Assembly: GCA_949293405.1 (NCBI GenBank)
Contig: CASFDI010000090.1
Coordinates: 1 to 59,180 of the forward strand
Length of the DNA: 59,180 nucleotides
Reading direction: 5' to 3'
From: an uncultured bacterium
GTDB taxonomy: Bacteria > Bacillota > Clostridia > Oscillospirales > CAG-272
In this document: positions 20,561-30,630 of the stretch, in pieces
Position numbering within the stretch: position 1 is the stretch's first letter
Layout of the letters: the number at the start of each line of letters is the position of its first letter
Notes under the pieces: model-generated
Database searches by the model: none
What the model saw: the letters and a program-made list of their open reading frames with translations, nothing else
Told to the model about the DNA's origin: nothing
Program-made: the position numbers and the translations under genes

Positions 20561-22357
20561 ATGGACATATTTGACATCCTGACGCTGCTGTGCGGATTAT
20601 CGTTGTTTCTGTACGGCATGCATGTCATGGGGGATGCGCTGAAGAAAAGTGCGGGGAACAGGCTCAAGAACATTCTCAGCAACCTGACCTCCAATCAGTG
20701 GAAAGGGTTTCTGCTGGGGCTTGGAGTTACCGCAATCATTCAGTCCTCCTCAGCCACCACCGTGATGGTGGTGGGCTTTGTCAACTCGGCTGCCATGTCG
20801 CTGCGGGGGGCTGTCGGGGTCATTATGGGAGCCAATGTCGGTACCGCGGTGACTTCCTGGCTGACCGCACTGTCGGGCATCGGAAACGGTGGGGAAACCG
20901 TGGGAGATGTTCTTTCCTTGTTGCGTCCCGATGCCTGGATGCCTCTGCTGGCAGTGATCGGGATCTGTATGCTCATGTTTTCCAAAAGTGCACGCAAACG
21001 CGATTTTTCTGCGGTGCTTCTGGGCTTTACCGTTCTGATGGTCGGCATGAATATCATGTCGGGATCGGTGGGCGGACTCAAGGAATCGGAATCTTTCCGC
21101 TCGGTCCTCACCATGTTTGAGAATCCGGTGCTGGGTGTTCTGGCGGGTACGGTGCTGACTGCCATCGTACAGTCTTCATCGGCATCTGTGGGTATTCTGC
21201 AGTCCCTGACGGTGACCGGCGCCATTTCTTACGGTGCGGCGATCCCGATCGTGATGGGGCAGAACATCGGTACCTGCGTCACCGCCCTGATTTCCTCAAT
21301 CGGCGCCACCAAGAACGGAAAGCGCGCGGCGCTGGTTCATCTGTATTTCAATGTGATCGGCGTTCTGATCTGGCTGTCCCTGTTCTACTTTGTGGATTGG
21401 ATTGCGGATTTCTCTTTTGTGTCCTCTCCGATCGACATGTGGGGTGTGGCACTGGTGCATACCGTATTCAAAATTCTCTGCGTTCTGCTGTTCTGGCCCT
21501 TCACCCGGTACCTTGAGAAACTGGCCGTGCTTTCGGTGCGCGGTACCGACGAAACCGAATCCAACCTGCTTGATGATCGCCTGCTCAGTGCTCCGTCGGT
21601 TGCAGTGGAGCGTTGCAAGGAGGTGGCGGCATCCATGATGGATTTCTCGGCGGATGCACTGTGTGATTCGCTCGGTCTGCTTGATCAGTATGATGAAAAG
21701 ACTGCCCAGCGGATCCGGGCAGCAGAAGCGCGTGCCGACCGGTATGAGGATGCGCTCGGATCGTACCTGGTCAAACTGTCGGGTGTCGGGCTTTCGGTCA
21801 ATGACAGCCACGAGGTCACCAAACTGCTGCACATCATCGGAGATATGGAGCGGATCTCCGACCATGCGGTCAATATTGTGGAATCGGCGGAGGAAATGCG
21901 GGACAAGCACATGACCTTCTCGTCCGAGGCACAGCATGAGCTGACGGTGCTGCGCGCAGCGGTGGGAGAGATTATCCGTCTGGCACAGCAGGCGTTCGTC
22001 AGCGGCAACCTGACGGCTGCCACCAGTGTGGAGCCGCTGGAGCAGACAGTGGATCTTCTGCGTGACCGCATCAAACTCAATCATACTCTGCGGCTGCAGA
22101 AAAGTGAATGTACCATTGAACACGGCTTTGTGCTGTCGGATATCCTGACGGACCTGGAACGGGTAGCTGATCACTGCTCCAATATTGCCGGCTGCGTGCT
22201 GGAAATGAAGGCGCACGGTGCGCTGGATATGCACGGGTACCTGGATGCCGTCAAGAGCGACAGCGACGAGTTTCAGCGTAAATTCCATGATTACAGGATC
22301 AAATACAGTCTGGAGAAGAACAGCGGCGGCGGGCCGCAGGAGGAGAGTGACATATGA
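20561..22357 (+). CDS. Na/Pi cotransporter family protein with C-terminal PhoU domains
   Basis: Two QSSS repeats (IIQSSSATT, IVQSSSAS), GANVGT and GQNIGT, PhoU motifs DMERISDHA and DLERVADHC. Confidence 0.95.
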   Translation: MDIFDILTLLCGLSLFLYGMHVMGDALKKSAGNRLKNILSNLTSNQWKGFLLGLGVTAIIQSSSATTVMVVGFVNSAAMSLRGAVGVIMGANVGTAVTSWLTALSGIGNGGETVGDVLSLLRPDAWMPLLAVIGICMLMFSKSARKRDFSAVLLGFTVLMVGMNIMSGSVGGLKESESFRSVLTMFENPVLGVLAGTVLTAIVQSSSASVGILQSLTVTGAISYGAAIPIVMGQNIGTCVTALISSIGATKNGKRAALVHLYFNVIGVLIWLSLFYFVDWIADFSFVSSPIDMWGVALVHTVFKILCVLLFWPFTRYLEKLAVLSVRGTDETESNLLDDRLLSAPSVAVERCKEVAASMMDFSADALCDSLGLLDQYDEKTAQRIRAAEARADRYEDALGSYLVKLSGVGLSVNDSHEVTKLLHIIGDMERISDHAVNIVESAEEMRDKHMTFSSEAQHELTVLRAAVGEIIRLAQQAFVSGNLTAATSVEPLEQTVDLLRDRIKLNHTLRLQKSECTIEHGFVLSDILTDLERVADHCSNIAGCVLEMKAHGALDMHGYLDAVKSDSDEFQRKFHDYRIKYSLEKNSGGGPQEESDI

Positions 22358-24036
22358 ATATACGGCAGAATATCGAGTCTTTTGTGTACGGATATCTGGA
22401 TTTCCTGACCGAGCGCATTTACAGAGAGGGACAGGAGTGCGAATACCTGGGTGTCAAAGGACTCTATGAGTCGGAGAAGTTTGTCAAGGGACAACTGATT
22501 CACAGTCTGGCGAACCTCTGCCTGTATTACCGGAGGGGTGGTGATGCAGCGCGGTTTGACCGGGTGTGGGAACGACTGGTGGCTGCGGTGGATCTTCTGC
22601 AGGATGACCGCCTGCGCACTTGGGGGATGCTTTCTGCCCTGCGTGGGTGCTATGAACTGAAAAAGGCGGGGGTTTTTGACCGTTTGCCTGATCAGTCACG
22701 CGAATTGCTTGAAAACCGGACCCGTTATACGGACTTCTACGACACAGAGACCGATGCGCTCAAGGGAGGGCTGCCCACCAACTATTATCAGGTGGCGATG
22801 GCATGCGCCGGTTTGCGTGAGGCGATGGGCTTTGATGCGCCCGGGGTTTGCGACCGCATCAAGGATCGTCTGATCCGCCTGATGGAGCAGGGAGGAGGCG
22901 GATGGATGGACGAGCAGATTCCGTTCGGACGGTATGACCGGTATTCGCTGATGGTCACCTCGGAATTTTCCGATACGCTGGATCTGATCGGACGGGAAGT
23001 GCCGCGCTTCATCCTGGACAATCTGCACGCCGCTGCGATGATTGCGCTTGCCTCGGCAAACCGCCGCGGAGACGGTGTGATCTACGGCAGAAGCCTGTCG
23101 GTACACGGGGACTGCGCCTATCTTGAAATTCTTTCATCTGCTCTGCGCCACCGGCTGCTGGATGAAAATCAGATCCCGGTCGCTCTGGCTTATGCCGGTG
23201 CCATCCTCGATAAAACAGAGCACTTCTGGTTTGATCGCAGCCGCATGAGTTTCAACCTGTGGTTTGACGGACGGACTACCAACAGCTACCGTCAGTCTCA
23301 CCGGGTGCTGGAAGTCAATCTGGACATGATGAACCATCTGCTCTCTACACTTGCAAACCTGGATGCTGCAGGGCTTGCCGACCGGGAACCCGGACAGCTG
23401 CCGGCCGATCCTGCAGCCTGGCGTGTGCTGCGCACCGATTTTCAGAATATTCCCGGTCATCTTTGCACGCTCTATACTCTGCGGCGCGGCGGACTGTATC
23501 TGCAGCTGCCGCTGGTCGGACTGGGCAACCGGGTGCATTCAGCTGCGTATCTGCCTTTTCCTGCGCTTGCAGAGCGGCTGGAAGCCTATCCGGATGCTTT
23601 CGTTCCGTTCCTGACTCCTCTCTACACACTGGCAGACGGCCGGCAGGTCATGCCGGTACAGTACTACAGCGCCATTTCCGAAGAGACCGGTGAAGACCGG
23701 GTCACGGTAACGGTCCGGGGAACGCTTGCCGATGTCGATTTCAGTAAACGCAATCCCTCTGATACCGGCTTGCCGTTTACTGCGGTGTATCGCTTTGAAG
23801 GAGCCTCGCTTGAGGTACTCTTTGATACGGCGGCTCCGGTTGCCGCTGCGGTCATGTCCTACGGGATGGGAAACCGCAGCCCGCGTGTGAAGTTTTTCGG
23901 GTTCGGCTCGGTGAGCGAACGCAGGGTGGTGCGCGAGACCATGTACCATACACCGCATGGGGCGCATCTGTATCTTACCACTGCGCGCGGTACCGGTGGC
24001 CGCGTCGGATACCGGTTTGACCGGCTGCCCGAATGA
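22354..24036 (+). CDS. uncharacterised 560-aa protein, helical N-part and beta-rich C-part
   Basis: ATGA overlap with the transporter; RBS GGAGAG; motifs LPTNYY, GWMDE..GRYDRYS, YGRS; no signal peptide. Confidence 0.8.
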   Translation: MNIRQNIESFVYGYLDFLTERIYREGQECEYLGVKGLYESEKFVKGQLIHSLANLCLYYRRGGDAARFDRVWERLVAAVDLLQDDRLRTWGMLSALRGCYELKKAGVFDRLPDQSRELLENRTRYTDFYDTETDALKGGLPTNYYQVAMACAGLREAMGFDAPGVCDRIKDRLIRLMEQGGGGWMDEQIPFGRYDRYSLMVTSEFSDTLDLIGREVPRFILDNLHAAAMIALASANRRGDGVIYGRSLSVHGDCAYLEILSSALRHRLLDENQIPVALAYAGAILDKTEHFWFDRSRMSFNLWFDGRTTNSYRQSHRVLEVNLDMMNHLLSTLANLDAAGLADREPGQLPADPAAWRVLRTDFQNIPGHLCTLYTLRRGGLYLQLPLVGLGNRVHSAAYLPFPALAERLEAYPDAFVPFLTPLYTLADGRQVMPVQYYSAISEETGEDRVTVTVRGTLADVDFSKRNPSDTGLPFTAVYRFEGASLEVLFDTAAPVAAAVMSYGMGNRSPRVKFFGFGSVSERRVVRETMYHTPHGAHLYLTTARGTGGRVGYRFDRLPE

Positions 24037-24098
24037 TCTTCTTGCGCTTTCCATAGGTTTTTTTCTGTCGGATTCTGAAATTTGTGAAAAGTTGCACC

Positions 24099-24127
24099 TT
24101 GACTTGCTTCGTCTGCAATGCTATAAT
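24099..24127 (+). promoter_or_regulatory. sigma-A promoter of the pur operon
   Basis: TTGACT-17-TATAAT with TG extension. Confidence 0.85.
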
Positions 24128-24140
24128 ATATTTTGTAAGC

Positions 24141-24215
24141 GGTTCTTTGCGACTGACGGAGCGATATGGGCGACCATAGTGGAACAAAGAACACGGAATG
24201 CCGACCGTCTGGGCG
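24141..24215 (+). ncRNA. ZMP/ZTP riboswitch aptamer (pfl motif)
   Basis: P1 GTTCTTTG/CAAAGAAC; conserved GCGACTGACGG; P2 TATGG-GCGA-CCATA; P3 GCCGACCGTCTGGGC; pseudoknot GACGG (24155-59) with CCGTC (24205-09). Confidence 0.92.
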
Positions 24216-24249
24216 TACTTACTGCTGAAGGAGTAGGTATGCCCTTTTT
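24211..24249 (+). terminator. riboswitch expression-platform terminator overlapping P3
   Basis: GGGCGTACTTACT...AGTAGGTATGCCC-TTTTT; its 5' arm uses the 3' strand of P3, as expected for an ON switch. Confidence 0.88.
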
Positions 24250-24283
24250 CGTTTGAAACGGTCATTTACGGAAGAGGTTGCAT

Positions 24284-24778
24284 ATGAAAAAAGTCGGGAT
24301 CCTGATGGGAAGTGACAGCGATCTGCCGGTGGTGGAGAAAGCCATTGATACCCTGCGTTCGCTGGAGATCCCTTTTGAAGTACACATTTATTCGGCGCAC
24401 CGTACGCCTGCCGAGGCTGCCGCTTTTTCGGCAGGCGCACGGCAGGCGGGCTTCGGCGTACTGATTGCCGCTGCCGGCATGGCCGCTCATCTGGCGGGCG
24501 CTGTGGCGGCCCAGACCACCTTGCCGGTGATCGGTATCCCCATGTTGTCCGGTCAGTTGGGCGGACTTGACGCCCTGCTGTCCACCGTGCAGATGCCTTC
24601 GGGCATTCCGGTAGCGACCGTTGCGGTCAACGGTGCCGCCAATGCCGCGCTGCTCGCCGCAGAGATCCTTGCGGTGGAGGACGCTTCACTCGCATCGCGC
24701 CTGGATGCGCGCCGCCGCGCTGATGCACAGCGCGTGCTCGAAAAAGACGCCGCTCTGACCGCGCGTCTTTGCAACTGA
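24284..24778 (+). CDS. purE: N5-CAIR mutase / AIR carboxylase
   Basis: MGSDSDL, SAHRTP, AGMAAHLAG, VQMPSGIPVATV. Confidence 0.97.
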   Translation: MKKVGILMGSDSDLPVVEKAIDTLRSLEIPFEVHIYSAHRTPAEAAAFSAGARQAGFGVLIAAAGMAAHLAGAVAAQTTLPVIGIPMLSGQLGGLDALLSTVQMPSGIPVATVAVNGAANAALLAAEILAVEDASLASRLDARRRADAQRVLEKDAALTARLCN

Positions 24779-24825
24779 GTTGACAGAACCATATTTTCAA
24801 GCGTGTCGCTTGCAGGAGGAATATC

Positions 24826-25539
24826 ATGAAAAAAATGCAGCAACTCTATGAAGGAAAAGCCAAGAAGGTGTACGCTACCGACGATCCCGATCTGGTGATT
24901 GTGGATTACAAGGATGACGCTACCGCGTTTAACGGGCTCAAGAAGGGCACCATTGCGGGCAAGGGCGTGATCAACAACCGGGTCACCAATTACCTGATGC
25001 AGATGCTGGAGGAGAAAGGAATTCCTACGCATTTTGTCAAGGAGCTTTCCGAGCGCGAGACCCTGGTGCGCCGGGTGTCCATCGTGCCGCTGGAAGTGAT
25101 CGTCCGCAATATTTCCGCCGGTTCGTTTTCCAAGCGTTACGGCGTGGAAGAGGGCCGTGTGTTTGCAGAGCCTACCCTTGAATTCTCCTACAAGAACGAC
25201 GACCTTGGCGACCCGCTGATCAACGACGATCATGCGGTGGCGCTGGGAATTGCCACACGCGATGAAATTGCACAGATCCGTCAGATGGCTCTGCAGGTCA
25301 ACACCCTGCTCAAGGAATTCTTCAAGGGAGTCGGCATTGATCTTGTGGACTTCAAACTGGAATTCGGAAAGACGAGCGACGGCCGCATTGTACTGGCTGA
25401 CGAGATTTCTCCCGACACCTGCCGGTTCTGGGATGCCAAAACGCATGCCAAACTGGACAAGGACCGCTTCCGCCGGGATCTGGGCGATGTGGAGGAAGCA
25501 TATCACGAAATTCTCTCGCGTATTTTCGGTGAAGCATGA
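24826..25539 (+). CDS. purC: SAICAR synthetase
   Basis: [29 protein letters not shown]. Confidence 0.98.
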   Translation: MKKMQQLYEGKAKKVYATDDPDLVIVDYKDDATAFNGLKKGTIAGKGVINNRVTNYLMQMLEEKGIPTHFVKELSERETLVRRVSIVPLEVIVRNISAGSFSKRYGVEEGRVFAEPTLEFSYKNDDLGDPLINDDHAVALGIATRDEIAQIRQMALQVNTLLKEFFKGVGIDLVDFKLEFGKTSDGRIVLADEISPDTCRFWDAKTHAKLDKDRFRRDLGDVEEAYHEILSRIFGEA

Positions 25540-26990
25540 TGACCGACCGCGGATTGCATGAGGAGTGCGGCGTATTCGGTGTGTACTCGGAGGAGACCGC
25601 CGATGTGGCGTCCACTACCTATTACGGACTGTTTGCCCTGCAGCACAGGGGACAGGAAAGCGCGGGTATTGTGGTCAATGACGACGGTGTTTTTACCTCG
25701 TATAAAGATGTCGGCATTGTCAACGATGTGTTCAAGCCGACCGTGCTCGCCTCGCTCGGCATGGGGAATATGGCGGTAGGACATGTGCGCTACGGCACCA
25801 CCGGTACCAGCGGACGAGCCAATGCGCAGCCTATTGTAGTCAATCATATCAAGGGCAGTCTGGCACTGGCTCACAACGGCAATCTGACCAACTCGGCAGA
25901 GCTGCGCGAGGAACTGGAACTTGCCGGATCGATTTTCCACACCACCAGCGATACCGAGGTGATCTCTTATCTGATCACCAAGGAGCGCATCATCGCTCCC
26001 TCGATTGAAGAGGCGCTCTGTCGCGCCATGAACCGGCTGGAAGGCGCTTATTCGCTTGTGATCATGTCCCCTTCCAAACTGATTGCCGCCCGGGACCCGC
26101 ACGGCTTCCGCCCGCTCTGCTACGGGCGTACCGCCGACGGCCGGTATATTGTGGCCTCTGAGAGCTGCGCGCTTGATGCGGTCAGCGCCACGCTGGAGCG
26201 TGAACTGGAGCCGGGCGAAATTCTGGTGTTCGGGGAAGAGGGCGTGCGGTCCATCCGGGAACACTGCGGAAAGGTGCCCTCATCGCTCTGCATTTTCGAG
26301 TATATTTATTTCGCCCGTCCGGACAGCGTGGTGGATGGGGTGACGGTTCACAGCGCCCGCATCAAGGCGGGTTCTCTGCTTGCTCTGGAGCATCCGGTGC
26401 AGGCCGATGTGGTCATCGGAGTGCCCGATTCCGGGCTGGATGCCGCCATCGGTTATTCGCGGCAGTCGGGTATCCCTTATGGGGTAGGACTGATCAAGAA
26501 CCGCTATATTGCCCGGACATTTATTTCACCCGGACAGGCCTCCCGTGAAGATAAAGTGCGGATCAAACTGAATGTGGTACGCGAGACGGTAAACGGCAAG
26601 CGCGTGGTGCTTATCGACGATTCGATTGTGCGCGGAACCACCTCGGCCCGCATTATCAAACTATTGCGCGATGCAGGAGCCAAGGAAGTGCATATGCGGG
26701 TTTCCGCGCCCCCTTTCATCAATCCCTGCTATTACGGCACGGATGTGGATTCGCGCGATATGCTGATCGCCTGCCATCACACGGTGGAGGAGATTGCGCA
26801 GATTATCGGGGTGGACAGCCTGGGGTATCTGCAGCGTGAACACCTGGGACTGATCATCGGCAAGAACTGCGGTTACTGTGATGCCTGCTTCGGCGGCACC
26901 TATCCCACCGCCATTCCGAAAAAAACCGAGAAATACCGGTTCGAAAAGAAGCTGGGGAAAAAGGAGCGCGCGGATGAAAAGTTACAGTGA
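25536..26990 (+). CDS. purF: amidophosphoribosyltransferase (propeptide, Fe-S type)
   Basis: [29 protein letters not shown] and CDAC cysteines. Confidence 0.98.
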   Translation: MMTDRGLHEECGVFGVYSEETADVASTTYYGLFALQHRGQESAGIVVNDDGVFTSYKDVGIVNDVFKPTVLASLGMGNMAVGHVRYGTTGTSGRANAQPIVVNHIKGSLALAHNGNLTNSAELREELELAGSIFHTTSDTEVISYLITKERIIAPSIEEALCRAMNRLEGAYSLVIMSPSKLIAARDPHGFRPLCYGRTADGRYIVASESCALDAVSATLERELEPGEILVFGEEGVRSIREHCGKVPSSLCIFEYIYFARPDSVVDGVTVHSARIKAGSLLALEHPVQADVVIGVPDSGLDAAIGYSRQSGIPYGVGLIKNRYIARTFISPGQASREDKVRIKLNVVRETVNGKRVVLIDDSIVRGTTSARIIKLLRDAGAKEVHMRVSAPPFINPCYYGTDVDSRDMLIACHHTVEEIAQIIGVDSLGYLQREHLGLIIGKNCGYCDACFGGTYPTAIPKKTEKYRFEKKLGKKERADEKLQ

Positions 26991-28011
26991 GAGTTACAAA
27001 AAGGCGGGTGTGGACATTACGGCGGGCTATCGTGCGGTTGAACTGATGAAGGCGCACATCGCCCGGACCATGACCGGCGGAGTCGGATCGGACATCGGGG
27101 GCTTCGGCGGTCTGTTTGAACTGGATCTGACCGGTATGCCGCATCCGGTGCTGGTGAGCGGCACTGACGGCGTAGGTACCAAGCTGAAACTGGCGTTTCT
27201 GATGGACCGGCATGACACGGTCGGTATTGACTGCGTTGCCATGTGCGTCAACGATGTACTGTGCGTGGGTGCGAAACCGCTCTTTTTCCTGGACTACATT
27301 GCCTGCGGCAAGAATGTGCCCGAGAAGATTGCCGCCATTGTGGCGGGGGTCGCCGAAGGGTGCGTGCAGGCAGGCGCTGCGCTGATCGGCGGGGTAACCG
27401 CCGAAATGCCCGGTGTCTATCCGGAAGTTGAGTATGATCTGGCGGGATTCGCCGTAGGAGCGGTGGACCGCAGCCGCGTGCTGGACAACAAGAGTATGCG
27501 GGCCGGGGATGTCATGCTTGCACTTCCTTCCTCGGGCGTGCATTCCAACGGCTTTTCGCTGGTGCGCCGTATCTTCGATGTGGAGCATACCGATCTCGGC
27601 AAGCCTGTGGAGGCACTGGGAGGCGCTTCGCTGGGCGACACGCTTCTGACTCCTACGAAAATTTATGTCAAGCCCATGCTGGCCCTGATGGAACAGGTGC
27701 AGGTCAAAGGGGTTTCCCATATCACCGGCGGCGGCTTTTACGAAAATATTCCGCGCAGTATTCCGGACGGCCTCGGAGCCGTGATCCGGAAATCGGATGT
27801 GCGGGTACTGCCCATTTTCGATCTGATCGGCAGGACGGGCAATATTCCCGAACGCGATCTGTATAACACGTTCAATATGGGTGTCGGGATGAGCGTGGTG
27901 GTTGCGGCAGAAGATGCCGACCGCGCGCTTGCGGTTCTGCGGCAGGCAGGCGAGGATGCCTATGTACTGGGCGAGATCCGCGCCTGTGAGGACAAGGTGG
28001 TGCTGCTGTGA
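26974..28011 (+). CDS. purM: AIR synthetase
   Basis: [31 protein letters not shown]; note GGVTAE in place of GGETAE. Confidence 0.96.
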   Translation: MKSYSESYKKAGVDITAGYRAVELMKAHIARTMTGGVGSDIGGFGGLFELDLTGMPHPVLVSGTDGVGTKLKLAFLMDRHDTVGIDCVAMCVNDVLCVGAKPLFFLDYIACGKNVPEKIAAIVAGVAEGCVQAGAALIGGVTAEMPGVYPEVEYDLAGFAVGAVDRSRVLDNKSMRAGDVMLALPSSGVHSNGFSLVRRIFDVEHTDLGKPVEALGGASLGDTLLTPTKIYVKPMLALMEQVQVKGVSHITGGGFYENIPRSIPDGLGAVIRKSDVRVLPIFDLIGRTGNIPERDLYNTFNMGVGMSVVVAAEDADRALAVLRQAGEDAYVLGEIRACEDKVVLL

Positions 28012-28628
28012 TGGGGGAGCCGGTCGCCGTTGCCGTACTGGTCTCGGGCGGAGGAACCAACCTGCAGGCTCTCTTGGATGCCGAGCAGGCGGGTCGCATT
28101 GTCAGCGGTCGCATCCGTCTGGTGGTTTCCAACCGGGCGGATGCATATGCGCTTGAACGCGCGCGTCTGGCAGGCGTGGAAACCGTAGTGCTCACCCGGG
28201 AGGAATATCCCGGGACAGAGGCATTCGAAGAGAAACTTGCCGAGGTGCTGCAGCAGCACGGAATCGGCCTGATTGTGCTGGCCGGATTCATGCGCATTCT
28301 GAGCGGAAATTTTACTGCCCGGTATCCCAAGAGAATCCTCAATGTACATCCCTCCCTGATTCCCGCTTTCTGCGGGAAGGGGTTCTACGGGTTGCGTGTC
28401 CACCAGGCGGCTCTGGATTACGGAGTCAAGGTAACCGGTGCGACCGTTCATTTTGTAAATGAAGTACCCGACGGCGGGGAGATTCTGCTCCAGAAGGCGG
28501 TTCCGGTCTGCCGCAATGACACACCGGAACGCCTGCAGAAACGGGTCATGGAAAGGGCCGAATGGAAACTGCTTCCGCGCGGGGTGGAACTGGTCTGCGC
28601 ACGGCTTCTTAAGGAAAGCAAGGAGTAA
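28008..28628 (+). CDS. purN: GAR formyltransferase
   Basis: [25 protein letters not shown]. Confidence 0.97.
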   Translation: MMGEPVAVAVLVSGGGTNLQALLDAEQAGRIVSGRIRLVVSNRADAYALERARLAGVETVVLTREEYPGTEAFEEKLAEVLQQHGIGLIVLAGFMRILSGNFTARYPKRILNVHPSLIPAFCGKGFYGLRVHQAALDYGVKVTGATVHFVNEVPDGGEILLQKAVPVCRNDTPERLQKRVMERAEWKLLPRGVELVCARLLKESKE

Positions 28629-28632
28629 AGAC

Positions 28633-29352
28633 ATGGATATCTATCAGATCAAACCGATGGAAGAGGCGCTGCGCGCCGGCTATGTGGGACGCGGCATTGT
28701 AGTGGGCACTTCGCCTGACGGTGCCTGGGGGGTTACCGCCTATTTCATCATGGGACGCAGTGAGAACAGCCGCAACCGGGTATTCCGCGATTGCGGTGAC
28801 CGTGTGATGATTTACCCGTATGATCCCGCAAAGGTTGAGGATCCCAGCCTGATCATTTATGCGCCCGTGCGTGAGGCGGGCGACCGTCTGGTCGTGACCA
28901 ACGGGGACCAGACTGACACGGTCTGTGACGGCCTTGCGGCAGGGAAAAGTTTTTCCGAAGCACTGCAGACGCGCTGCTTCGAACCCGATGCCCCCAATCT
29001 GACGCCCCGTATCAGCGCTCTGCTCTCCTTTGACCGCAAGGGCGGCTTTTCGTATGAGATGAGTATTCTCAAGAGCGTGGATGCTGCGGGAAGCGGATGT
29101 GCCCGTTACACTTTTTCATATCCGGCAACACCCGGACTGGGGCATTTTCTGCATACTTATGTTTGCGACGGTAATCCGCTTCCCACTTTCCAGGGAGAGC
29201 CCGAACGGGTGGCAATCGATGCCGGAGCACAGCAGTTTGCCGATCGGATCTGGGGCCATCTGCATCCGGAGCACCGGATTTCACTTTATGTACGCTACAC
29301 GCATCTCTGCACGGGAGAGGTGCAGTCGGTGCTGTATAACCGCTATCAGTAA
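28633..29352 (+). CDS. stand-alone IMP cyclohydrolase-like protein (PurO-like family)
   Basis: YVGRGIVVG, YFIMGRSENSRNR, VTNGDQTD, FEPDAPNLTPRIS. Confidence 0.85.
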   Translation: MDIYQIKPMEEALRAGYVGRGIVVGTSPDGAWGVTAYFIMGRSENSRNRVFRDCGDRVMIYPYDPAKVEDPSLIIYAPVREAGDRLVVTNGDQTDTVCDGLAAGKSFSEALQTRCFEPDAPNLTPRISALLSFDRKGGFSYEMSILKSVDAAGSGCARYTFSYPATPGLGHFLHTYVCDGNPLPTFQGEPERVAIDAGAQQFADRIWGHLHPEHRISLYVRYTHLCTGEVQSVLYNRYQ

Positions 29353-29377
29353 GTCGGTAAGGAGGAATCGGAAATTT

Positions 29378-30562
29378 ATGCGGGAATTTGAACTCAAATA
29401 CGGCTGTAATCCCAACCAGAAGCCCAGCCGTATTTTCATGAAGAACGGCGGGGAACTGCCGCTTGAAATTCTTTCGGGACGGCCGGGATATATCAATTTC
29501 CTGGATGCGCTGAACAGCTGGCAACTGGTGCGCGAGGTCCGTGAAGCGACCGGTCTGCCTGCCGCCACCTCCTTCAAACATGTCAGCCCCACTTCCGCAG
29601 CGGTGGGCCTGCCGCTGTCGGATGAGTTGGCGCGCGCCTGCTTTGTGGACGGAATTGCCGGACTTAATGATTCGCCTCTTGCCTGTGCCTATGCGCGTGC
29701 GCGCGGTACCGACCGGATGAGTTCGTTCGGGGACTGGATCGCTCTTTCAGATGTGTGTGACGAAACCACCGCAAGAGTCATCAAACCTGAGGTTTCCGAC
29801 GGCATCATTGCTCCCGGCTACACGCCCGAAGCTCTGGAGATCCTGCGCACCAAGCGCAAGGGCAACTACAATATTGTCCGGATTGACCCGTCCTATGTCC
29901 CCGCGCCGGTGGAATGCAAGGATGTGTTCGGGATCACTTTTGAACAGGGACGCAATAATTTCGCTATTACGCCCGAATTGCTGTCAAACCCTGTTACGCA
30001 GAACAAGGACCTGCCCGATACGGCGCGGCGGGACCTTTTGATTGCGTTGATCACGCTCAAATATACCCAGTCCAATTCGGTCTGCTACGCGGTTGACGGG
30101 CAGGCGATCGGCGTGGGAGCGGGGCAGCAGTCCCGTATTCACTGTACGCGTCTGGCGGGCTCCAAGGCGGACACCTGGCAGTTGCGCCGGCATCCCAAGG
30201 TACTGGCATTGCCGTTTTTGCCCACACTGGGGCGTGCCGACCGTGACAATGTCATCGATGGGTATATCAACCACAACGAAGAGGATGTATGCGCCGACGG
30301 CAACTGGCAGCAGTACTTTACCAGTCGCCCCGAACCGCTGACCGCGCAGGAAGCACGCGCTTATCTGGATACCATTACGGGTGTGTCTCTGGCGTCGGAT
30401 GCTTTTTTCCCGTTCGGGGATAATATTCAGCGCGCCAGACGCAGCGGGGTATCCTATGTTGCGCAGCCGGGCGGATCCATCCGCGACGGGCAGGTGATCG
30501 AAACCTGCGACCGGTACGGCATGACCATGGTCTTTACCGGTATGCGTCTGTTCCACCACTGA
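29378..30562 (+). CDS. purH: AICAR formyltransferase, monofunctional (no N-terminal IMPCH domain)
   Basis: Starts at ELKYGCNPNQ; FKHVSP, GAGQQSRIHC, SDAFFPF, QPGGS, RLFHH. Confidence 0.93.
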   Translation: MREFELKYGCNPNQKPSRIFMKNGGELPLEILSGRPGYINFLDALNSWQLVREVREATGLPAATSFKHVSPTSAAVGLPLSDELARACFVDGIAGLNDSPLACAYARARGTDRMSSFGDWIALSDVCDETTARVIKPEVSDGIIAPGYTPEALEILRTKRKGNYNIVRIDPSYVPAPVECKDVFGITFEQGRNNFAITPELLSNPVTQNKDLPDTARRDLLIALITLKYTQSNSVCYAVDGQAIGVGAGQQSRIHCTRLAGSKADTWQLRRHPKVLALPFLPTLGRADRDNVIDGYINHNEEDVCADGNWQQYFTSRPEPLTAQEARAYLDTITGVSLASDAFFPFGDNIQRARRSGVSYVAQPGGSIRDGQVIETCDRYGMTMVFTGMRLFHH

Positions 30563-30630
30563 TTTGAATTTATCCGGGCGCGGTTTTACGCACTGATTAC
30601 CGGTTTTCCGGCAGATAAGGGAGGTTTTCT

